Origin: Tubiluchus corallicola
Taxonomy: Eukaryota; Animalia; Priapulida
Length of the DNA: 64,000 bases
Direction of reading: 5' to 3'
Assembly (NCBI GenBank): GCA_030141605.1
Contig: JAQGDQ010001031.1
Location: forward strand, 4,948 to 68,947
Shown here: one piece after another, positions 53,575 to 64,000 of the stretch
Numbering within the stretch: position 1 is the stretch's first letter
Layout of the letters: every line of letters begins with the position of its first letter
Notes under the pieces: model-generated
Databases searched by the model: none
Told to the model about the DNA's origin: nothing
The model's input: only the letters and a program-made list of their open reading frames with translations
Position numbers and translations under genes: made by a program

Positions 53575-54135
53575 TTTGGTGATTACCCAGAAAATCTCAC
53601 GTGCTGCTAGGATTGCTCTGAAATTTGCTGAACCTTCAAAAAGAGGGATTATTATTATCAGCTTATCAATCGTTATGAAATTCCAGACACAATTATTGTG
53701 GATTAAAATCTTTATTTGTCGGCAGGGAGTAACCTACCACTAAGGCAAACACTTCAAAAAGATTCATTTTTATTATCAGCTTATCAATCGTTATTAAATT
53801 CCAGACACAATTTTTGGGATTAAAATCCTTCTTTGTCGGCAGGGAGTAACCAACCACTCAGGTAAATACTTCAAAAGGGTTATAAATAAGCTGCTCTTTT
53901 GTGTGCAGAGAGAGCGCATCTCAAGATGTCTGCAATTTAATGTTTTGCAGAATTTGCCGCAAGGATTATAAATGTTAAAAGTCGGTGTTATTATTTTCGC
54001 ATCGTTTCAGTCATTTTTAAATTTCAGATAAAATTGCTGAAAGCTATCATCTTTCTTTGTGTGCAGGACGTGAACTGAATCTCAGGAGAAATATTTTAGA
54101 AGATTTTAATAACCATCGGGGATTATAAATTTCAA
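53575..54135 (+). repeat. 118-bp-subunit repeat family, further copy
   Basis: Same gcttatcaatcgttat..ttccagac..gtcggcagggagtaacc units and the same downstream tail as 32880-33130. Confidence 0.85.
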
Positions 54136-56154
54136 ATTGTTGAAGACTAAAGCTTTCGTTATCCGTAGATTGTAAGCTCTATCCGTAGCAACTCATATAG
54201 TAATAGTAGTTGTAGTGGTTTATTAACCTAAAATTAATATTTATGATATTAATATTTAATATCTTCGACAGGAATGGCCGAATTGAAATATTTCATTGTC
54301 AAAAATTTTGCCCTTTTTAGAAAACAGCAAAATTATACGAAGGTGAAAAAATTTCACAATAACAAACTTTCAATGTGAAAAAAAGGTACGATAATGACTA
54401 AACTGAAACTAGAAGATGATTCAGCAATGTAGACAGAGACAATGAAAATGAGCTTAAAGAATTTTTCAAAACTGTAACACTTTTTTATGGTACTAGTGTG
54501 ATTTCTTATTCATAAACTCTCGAAATATTCTAACAAATTTCAGTTTGGATTTTTCCGCAATTACAGAGTCTCTTATACATCAAAAGATTTATAATTAAGC
54601 TTCTCTTTTGTGTCAGAGCAGCACCTCTCAAATGGTTCGCTTTTTTGTGTTTTGCGTTTTCAAAATAATTTTGTCAAATGTTAGCATACCAACTTTGTGG
54701 TCGTAGAACAGGTCTAAGCAGGCTAACCTTACACGCCAAGCTTTAAAAAAAACGATATGAAAAGTTTTCAAACAGCATAGATTTTAATGATTTGTAGATT
54801 GAAGAAATAAAAGTTTTTCCCAAAAAATATATAAAAAAATCAGAAGAAAATCTATTGTCAGATATTGCTGATATTTAGTTAATAAAATATCTCTTTTTTC
54901 TTAAGGTTTGTAATGACTCTGCACTAAACTAGTACAGCTAATAACTTCGCTAAACGAATCAGTTTTGCGTAATCCTGCGCAATTTTTTGCGGGCGTTCTT
55001 AATGGAAAATTTCTAGTGAGTGTGAATGCTGGGTGGAGCTAAACAGTTGCTAAATGTTGTGGGCGGAGTTAAAAAGCTGTCATGGTGATCAACTCCAACA
55101 CGTCAGTTTATAGGCGTAACTTTTAGATGCCTGAAGAAGTGACAACTCAAGCAAATCATTTGCTTTGCAGTCTTGCTATAAGCGTGAACAGTGCTCCAGG
55201 AAAAAACAGAACACTTTTTATTGAAGTGTAATATTGATTTTGAGGGCAAAATGTGTGATTTTGTTAAAAAAGTGAAAATTTTGTTTTCTGTACGAAACAA
55301 TTTATTCTTTGCACTTAACCACAGAAGTGATCACGCTCTAGTCTTCTATTTTGTCTAATAAATGGATTGTGGCTGCAATGTGATTTAAAAATGGAATGGG
55401 GGCAGCTATCAGCAAGCTAATTCTATCTTTATAACTGTCCTGCATATGTTTTATGGTAAGTGTTTATCTTATGAGCAATCATTTTAAATCACTTACATTA
55501 TTTTGTATAAATGGGTCTTGTAGTAGTGTGATCTATCATGCCACAATAATGTTGTTTAGTAGTTTAGGTGACTACAGTTTATAAGTTTTTAAGGCACTGT
55601 CATATCGCCCAAATTAGAATTATTGCTAAAAGCAGGACTGCAGTATAAAAATTCCTCCTTTATCTGCACACTGACTGCACACACAAAGAAAAGTTGAAAC
55701 ATACAAAGAAAAACAACTTTAAAAAACTAATGAAAAATTTCGTGAAATATTTCAATTTGGGAGTTAGCAAAAAGCGATATTTTTATCTACTACAGCAAAC
55801 CACAGTCAAGGAAGAAGCAACAGAAAAAAGAGCCAAACTGCAAACTTACTGAAAAGTTAGAAAGAGCTTCGGGCGAATTTTCTCATTATGCGCATCATTT
55901 TGCAGCATCTATCTGCGCCAGTAAGTGGCGTACTCTACAGGCGTTATTTTGTAACTTCGTTATTTCGAAACACGGCACAACCAGCAAAGCAGGTTGCAAA
56001 TTATACAATGAATGGGAATATAAGATAATTTGAGGCTTCGTACGGAACAAAAAATAGGAGACTGTATGAACATTGTTAATTAGTTAGTTAGCTAAGCTAG
56101 TCAGTTAGTTAGTCATTTAGTTTTAGCTTTGGTCAGTCATTTAGTTTTAGTTTC

Positions 56155-56520
56155 AGTATGACAGACTTGGTGGCATGGCAAGTTTGGTAGTATGGCGGGT
56201 ATGAAAGGTGTAGCATGTTTGTCAGTATGGCTGGTATGGAAGGTTCAGCATATTTGTCAGTATGGCAGGTATGGAAGGTTTAGCATATTTGTAAGTATGG
56301 GGGTATGGAAGGTTTAGCATGTTTGGCAGTATGGAAGGTATAGCATGTTTGGCAGTATGGCGGGAATGGAAGGTTTAGCATGTTTTTCAGTATGGCGGGT
56401 ATGGAAGGTTTAGCATGTTTGGCAGTATGGCGGGTATTGAAGGTTTAGCATGTTTGGCAGTATGGCGGGTATGGAAGGTTCAGCATGCTTGGCAGTATGG
56501 CAGGTTTGGCAGATTGGCAG
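56155..56520. repeat. 35-bp minisatellite (copy B counterpart of 41622-42052)
   Basis: cagtatggcgggtatggaaggtttagcatgtttgg at 56388, 56423 and 56458. Confidence 0.9.
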
Positions 56521-56524
56521 ACCT

Positions 56525-56700
56525 ATCTTACAACAGTATTTCTGAAAAGTATAGTTATTGATCTTGATGTGCATATCCCTTCTATGTAGAAAAGTCTCAA
56601 TAAGACCCAGAATTCTTGATATTGTCATTGACATTGCCATGTGTGGCGTACCAGTTTTTTAGAGTTTTTGTGAAGTCTTGCTTATGACAACATCAATAAC
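56525..56700 (-). mobile_element. LINE APE endonuclease relic within the duplicated unit (also ~42055-42230)
   Basis: RILGLIETFLH..MHIKINNYTF resembles APE dIlgltETwL....i.i.gY. Confidence 0.45.
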
Positions 56701-59679
56701 TTGAGGAATACTGGTTGCTTATCCATTAATTGCTAAATCTGAATCAGCCTTGAATATCTTGTGATCAGATGCAATTTCATTTTGTCTGAAAATGTGTGCT
56801 TACGATGATCAAACCTTTGTATTGTGCAGAAACTGTAGCATGAAGATTAAGATGAAGGACAGTATTTCTACTCTTGTAGTTCCAACTGGTCTTGAAGACT
56901 TGAAGCTTCTGCCGATGTCCAGCATGGACAGTGTTGACCAAATCCTTACCATTGCCAATTCACTGCACTTAAACGCAGAATTTACCACTGAGATACAAGG
57001 AAAGAAAAATGGGACTGGTTTCTGGACTTGTGGTTCCAACTGCTATTGAAAACTTGTAGCTTGTCCATGGGCAGTGTTGACCACAACCTTACCATTACAA
57101 ATTCACTGGCCTCAAACGCGGAATTCACCATTGAGATTAAAATGAGGAAAATTGTGAATTCTGGACGTAAAGATTAAAATTGAAGTCTGTCAGCAGTCTT
57201 GTTGTGGCAAGAGAACAGATTCTGGCCTTGGTCTTAATTTGGGAAGCTAAATTTTTCCTTAGTGTCGGTGTAATCTTCACACTAAATTGTTCATATTAAT
57301 ATTATTTTTACAAGAGATTGACCAAAAGATCTTGCAGGTTTCTTAAAATTATTTGCGGAACTTTTTGTAGCAATTAAGTGTCTAATAGATTAAATTAGTT
57401 AATGAAATTGGCTTATGATGAACAAAACTTGTTTTAAGAGAAAACATTAAGCAATTCGTGCATGCTCCCATGTATATGTGAGGTGACTGATTTTGATCTT
57501 CACTCACAAAAACTGTTTTTCTGAAAACAGACTGTTCAGTGATTTTTTTTTAAATATATTTTCAAAAAACCATGTGACAATTCCCCCCAAAAATATGGCA
57601 TTAAATTTAACATTGAGATCAACTAAAGCAATGAATCCAAAGGATTCAAGCCTTTCACAAATTCACAATAGGCAGACAACGTTTTTTAAATTATTACTTC
57701 AAATAATATTAAGTAGATTAGAGAACAATATTTGACAACATAATTAATGACCGTCAAAATATTATCACACCCGCACAGACATTATAATGATAGCAGTTGA
57801 AGTGTTTTTAATGTTGAAAAAGATTTTATTCTTTAAATTGCCTATTTGTTTATTAACAGGTTATTATCAGTGGAGTTTCAAAAAGTTCATATGGCTAAAA
57901 GTCACTTTAAAACCTGAATCATTTCACATATTCTGCCTACTGTGTCTCACTACAACGTTGGAAACGTCTAGGAAGCCACAATTACGACAAAATTCGTCTT
58001 TTTCTTCCAACAGCTCCATGAATCATGTGCAATGTTGCAAAGAATCAGCTGACTCCCAAATATCACAGACTTGGTGAGATTGATGACTATGTTGAGTATG
58101 TATACAGCACATTGAAGTCAATTAAAGAGATGCATTAACTGATATGTCAATTTGCCATAAAGGAAGCTGGAATTGATAGCAAAATATTTCATGTAGAAGC
58201 AGCTCTTAGAAAATTGATGGTAGCCATAACTTACAGTTCTGTTCCTTGGAACTTAATATGCGATGTCACAAATTATGCCAGAATTATCCTGATATGCCAA
58301 GAGAATGAGCAAAAGTCCAAAACTGTTTGAAATGGACTGAATCTGCGTTTGTTCGTCTTGAGAACAAATAATCATTGTGGAGTGTCGCTAATCTAAAAAA
58401 GATTACTGATGATTATGATTAATAATTAATTGATTTTAAAGGGCTTGCAAGAAACACTGCGTTACACTATTGCTTCAGTGAATAGTTTATTTTACATTGC
58501 GAGATTGAGTGAAACATCTGTAAGTATGTGTAAATGTGAAAGCTTGTAATGGCAATCATTTTTGATTTTGTATGGGACTTTGTGCTTTGCATAATAACAC
58601 ATTACAAATTTGTTGTTCAGCATTGTACAAAAAGTATGTGTTGTATATCTTCAAACTGCCATCACTACACTGGCATGATAGACACGTAATTGTTTGATGA
58701 ACATAATAAATTGTTTTGTACTATTACTCATTGTTTCTGTATAGTGGATCGTAAATAAAGAAAGTTGCCTTGAATCTTCCACTTTTGGAACTCTACAATC
58801 AGCAATCTCCTAGTCAAAAAAGACCTTCTTTCAAAATGTAGTCTGTAGATGTATGTAGCAGACCTTTAGCTAACTTAGGCTCATGTAGTCGAGCATACAT
58901 CCTTGATCAATAGACTTTTCCATCGTGTTACTTTTCCTGTTGTTAACCTAGGCGGTGGTCCTACAGAAAATAGTAAATAAGTTAAAATGTAAAGCTTATA
59001 TTATTATAATTAAGCAAAAAAATAATATAATAAACATGTAATGATCATCATGGCAGATTCCATTTCGTCATTTTACTTCATATTTCACATCCATTGAGGA
59101 ACCATTTGCCAAATTATACATTTTATCTGGAATGAAATAGATTTTTTAAAATAAATTAATTCATTTCTTACCAAAAGATCAATTACCATTAAGTAAAATT
59201 AATCAGAGATTTTCAGTGAATAACCTAAATAAAGTTAAACCAAACATACATACATATTTGACGTCAAATCGTGACATCAAAACACAGAAATCAACACATC
59301 ATCACTGCTTTGAACACATTGAAACTTGAATGACAGGTATTTAAAAGTAGCACGCTAATATTGAAGCCAGATGTCACCACCTTACAAGTAAGAACAGGTA
59401 ATTTAACTTAATCAAATCAAAACGCACATTTAACTATTATTATAAACTGTTTTGGTTATTTAATAGTTACCACAGACATGCCTACAGTAAGCTGTCAACC
59501 ATAATCAGTGGCTTGTTGTAACATGAGAATTAATTTTTAGCATGTTTCTGGATATTACATTTTAAAATTCAATTACATCATAATAATTCAAAACAGATTT
59601 GTGGTTTAAGTCCATTTCTCAGAAAAGTGTCTCCTGTATTTGCCAGAAAAATAACTTTCCAGAAAGAAATTTATTTGTG

Positions 59680-62600
59680 CACGGATTTGCGTCTGCTTTG
59701 AGATATGAAGTACTACAATGACAGGGCATTTTTATGAAAATATTTTTAGTTTTCTAGCTGCTGTAAAAGTTGACTGATTGTAACAGATATAGTCCTGAAT
59801 GTGAAGCATTGGGATATTCAAGCACTGATTTGTGTCAGCTTTGAGATAAGAAGTACTACAATGACAGGGCATTTTGTGCCAAATTTTAGTTTTTTAACTG
59901 CCGTAAAAGTCGACTGCTTGTTAGAGATATAGTCCAGAATGCGAAGCATTGAGTTAATTGTACACGGATTTGCGTCAGCTTTGAAATATAAAGTACTACA
60001 ATGACAGGGCATTTTTATGAAAAAAATGTTAGTTTCCTAAACGCCCTAAAAGTCGACTGATTGTAAAAGGTATAGTCCGGAATGTGAAGCATTGGGATAT
60101 TCAGCACTGATTTGCGTCAGCTTTGAGATACAAAGTACTACCACGACATTGCTTTTTGTGCCAAATTTTGGTTTACTAGCTGCTGTAAATGTCGACTGAT
60201 TGTAACAGATATAGTGCACAATGTGAAGCATTGCATTACTCGATTACTGATTTGCGTCAGCTTTGAGATATGAAGTACTACAATGACAGGGCATTTTTGT
60301 GCCAAATTTTGGTTTACTAGCTGCTGTAAAAGTCGGCTGATTGTAACAGATCTAGTCCGGAATGTGAAGCATTGGGATATTCAAGCACTGATTTGCGTCA
60401 GCTTTGAGATATGAAGTACTACAATGACAGGGCATTTTTATGAAAAAAAATTTTAGTTTCCTAAACGCCGTAAAAGTTGACTGATTGTTACTGATATAGT
60501 CCGGAATGTGAAGCATTGGGATATTCAGCACTGATTTGCGTCAGCTTTGAGATGCAAAGTACTACCACGACATTGCTTTTTGTGCCAAATTTTGGTTTAC
60601 TAGCTGCTGTAAATGTCGACTGATTGTAAAAGGTATAGTCCGGAATGTAAAGCATTGGGATATTCAAGCGCTGGTTTACGTCAGCTTTGATATATGAAGT
60701 ACTACAATGACAGGGCATTTTTATGGAAATTTTTTTTTAGCTTTCTACCTGCTGTAAAAGTCGACTGATCGTTACAGATATAGTCCGGAATGTGAAGCAT
60801 TGGGATATTCACGCACTGATTTGCGTCAGCTTTGAGATATGAAGTACTACAATGACAGGGCATTTTTATGAAAAAAAATTTTAGTTTCCTAAACGCCGTA
60901 AAAGTTGACTGATTGTTACTGATATAGTCCGGAATGTGAAGCATTGGGATATTCAGCACTGATTTGCGTCAGCTTTGAGATGCAAAGTACTACCACGACA
61001 TTGCTTTTTGTGCCAAATTTTGGTTTACTAGCTGCTGTAAATGTCGACTGATTGTAAAAGGTATAGTCCGGAATGTAAAGCATAGGGATATTCAAGCGCT
61101 GGTTTGCGTCAGCTTTGATATATGAAGTACTACAATGACAGGGCATTTTTATGGAAATTTTTTTTTAGCTTTCTACCTGCTGTAAAAGTCGACTGATCGT
61201 TACAGATATAGTCCGGAATGTGAAGCATTGGGATATTCAAGCACTGATTTGCGTCAGCTTTGAGATATAAAGTACTACAATGACAGGTCATTTTTATGAA
61301 AAATATTTTAGTTTCCTAAACGCCGTAAAAGTTGACTGATTGTTACAGATATATTCCGGAATGCGAAGCATTGCATTACTCGACTACTGATTTGCGTCAG
61401 CTTTGAGATATGAAGTACTACAATGACAGGGCATTTTTATGAAAAAAGTTTTGGTTTACTAGCTGCTGTAAAAGTCGACTGATTGTAACAGATATGGTCC
61501 GGAATGTGAAGCATTGGGATATTCAAGCACTGATTTGCGTCAGCTTTGAGATGCAAAGTACTACCACGACATTGCTTTTTGTGCCAAATTTTGGTTTACT
61601 AGCTGCTGTAAATGTCGACTGATTGTAAAAGGTATAGTCCGGAATGTAAAGCATTGGGATATTCAAGCGCTGGTTTGCGTCAGCTTTGATATATGAAGTA
61701 CTACAATGACAGGGCATTTTTATGGAAAATTTTTTTTAGCTTTCTACCTGCTGTAAAAGTCGACTGATCGTTACAGATATAGTCCGGAATGTGAAGCATT
61801 GGGATATTCAAGCACTGATTTGAGTCAGCTTTGAGATATAAAGTACTACAATGACAGGTCATTTTTATGAAAAATATTTTAGTTTCCTAAACGCCGTAAA
61901 AGTTGACTGATTGTTACAGATATATTCCGGAATGCGAAGCATTGCATTACTCGACTACTGATTAGCGTCAGCTTTGAGATATGAAGTACTACAATGACAG
62001 GGCATTTTTATGAAAAAAGTTTTGGTTTACTAGCTGCTGTAAAAGTCAACTGATTGTTACAGATATAGTCCAGAATGCGAAGCATTGAGTTAATAGTACA
62101 CGGATTTGCGTCAGCTTTGAGATATGAAGTACTACAATGACAGGGCATTTTTATGGAATTTTTTTCTGCTTTCTAGCTGCTGTAAAAGTCAACTGATTGT
62201 TACAGATATAGTCCGGAATGCGAAGCATTGCATTACTCGACTACTGATTTGCGTCAGCTTTGAGATATGAAGTACTACAATGACAGGGCATTTTTATGAA
62301 AAAAGTTTTGGTTTACTAGCTGCTGTAAAAGTCGACTGATTGTAGCAGATATGGTCCAGAATGTGAAGCATTGGGATATTCAAGCACTGATTTGCGTCAG
62401 CTTTGAGATATGAACTATTACAATGACAGGGTATTTTTGTGCCAAATTTTGGTTTACTAGCTGCTGTAAAAGTCGACTGATTGTTACAGATATAGTCCAG
62501 AATGCGAAGCATTGAGTTAATAGTACACAGATTTGCGTCAGCTTTGAGATATGAAGTACTACAATGACAGGGCATTTTTATGAAAAAAGTTTTGGTTTAC

Positions 62601-63575
62601 TAGCTGCTGTAAAAGTCGACTGATTGTAACAGATCTAGTCCGGAATGTGAAGCATTGGGATATTCAAGCAGTGATTTGCGTGAGCTTTGAGATATGAAGT
62701 ACTACCATGACAGGGCATTTTTATAAAAATATTTTTAGTTTTCTAGCTGCTGTAAAAGTCGACTGATCGTTATAGATGTAGTCCGGAATGTGAAGCATTG
62801 CATTACTGGGTTATTGATTTGTGTCAGCTTTCCGAAACAAAGTACTACATGACAGGGCATTTTTGTGCCAAATTTTAGTTTCCTAACTGCCGTAAAAGTC
62901 GACTGATCGTTATAGATGTAGTCCAAAATGCGAAGCATTGCATTACTCGTTTACTGATTTGCGTCAGCTTTGAGATATAAAGTACTACAAAAATAGGGCA
63001 TTTTTATGAAAAAAAATTAGTTTTCTAGCTGCTGTAAAAGTCGACTGGTTGTTACAGATATAGTCTGGAATGTGAAGCATTGCATCACTCGATTACTGAT
63101 TTGCGTCAGCTTTGAGATACAAAGTACTACGACATTGCTTTTTGTGCCAAATTTTGGTTTACTAGCTGCTGTAAATGTCGACTGATTGTAAAAGGTATAG
63201 TCCGGAATGTAAAGCATTGGGATATTCAAGCGCTGGTTTGCGTCAGCTTTGATATATGAAGTACTACAATGACAGGGCATTTTTATGGAAAATTTTTTTT
63301 AGCTTTCTACCTGCTGTAAAAGTCGACTGATCGTTACAGATATAGTCCGGAATGTGAAGCATTGGGATATTCAAGAATTCGATTTGCGCCAGCTTTGAGA
63401 TATAAAGTACTACAATGACAGGGCATTTTTGTGCCAAATTTTAGTTTTGTAGCTGCTGTAAAAGTCGACTGATTGTTACTGATACAGTCAAGAATGCGAA
63501 GCATTGCATAACTCGATTACTGATTTGCGTCAGCTTTGAGATATAAAGTACTACCATGACAGGTCATTTTTATGA
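59680..63575 (+). repeat. ~142-bp satellite array, about 27 monomers, with higher-order repeats
   Basis: gatttgcgtcagctttgagatatgaagtactacaatgacagggcattttt recurs every 141-143 bp. Near-exact blocks are offset by 428 and 571 bp. Confidence 0.97.
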
Positions 63576-64000
63576 AAAAAGTGTATCTATGCTATAACGC
63601 CATTTTTCAGTGGTGTCCACTTCCTTTATTTATATTTAAACTGTTTAATATTCTAAAGATGTCGTATTCTGTGACGCTAGTAAATGAGAAAGTGGATTGT
63701 ATTACTGATTGGTTTTTGTATATATTGTGTATATTTGCATTATGTTGGTGTGGCAAGTTGTCAAATTTTCCGAGATTGATAAATGTGGAATTTAATTTGT
63801 TAGCAATGTCAACTGGATCAGATATTATACTGTCATTTTCTCGTAAACTATTTATTTGTAATTGATCGTTTCTGTATCTGTTAAGTACGTCATTAATTAA
63901 ACGCCATTTTTGCTTAGGTGTAGTTGCATCATTGCATTTATGAATATAATATTTATTTTTGAGTTTCCTGTTGTAGTTATTAAATTTATTTCGTGCCTTT

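Larger units (their letters stand above)
55062..59680 (+). repeat. Segmental duplication / large repeat unit, copy B
   Basis: Colinear with 40650-45090 apart from indels. It lacks ~40980-41205, has extra sequence at ~55735-55870 and ~55940-56150, and has a local duplication at ~56880-57160. Confidence 0.92.

Noticed and set aside
59680-63575. CRISPR-like array or repeat-protein gene
   Set aside because: Whole monomers repeat with no unique spacers, there are no cas genes, the context is eukaryotic, and the ORFs are short and broken.

Overview
AT-rich eukaryotic (probably invertebrate animal) genomic DNA with spliceosomal introns. No prokaryotic operon, rRNA, tRNA or CRISPR array is visible. 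The first ~27 kb holds a dense cluster of Golgi-type glycan-modifying genes from five different families. These are the last exon of a divergent B3GALT6/GT31-like gene, an intact two-exon carbohydrate sulfotransferase (CHST, Sulfotransfer_2; 331 aa reconstructed), a head-to-head GXYLT/GT8-like pseudogene, a FUT1/2-like GT11 gene with an in-frame TGA, and two copies of a GT32 alpha-1,4-glycosyltransferase pseudo-exon. A second sulfotransferase relic is possible. They are interspersed with decayed Penelope, LINE and BEL/Pao fragments and non-autonomous Helitrons. The remaining ~37 kb has no convincing gene. It contains a head-to-tail Helitron dimer with a CA-rich expansion, a dispersed 118-bp repeat family, a ~4.7-kb segmental duplication, and 29-, 35-, 38-, 50-, 98- and ~142-bp tandem arrays, the last with higher-order structure. 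All family assignments come from motif recognition by eye, not database searches.
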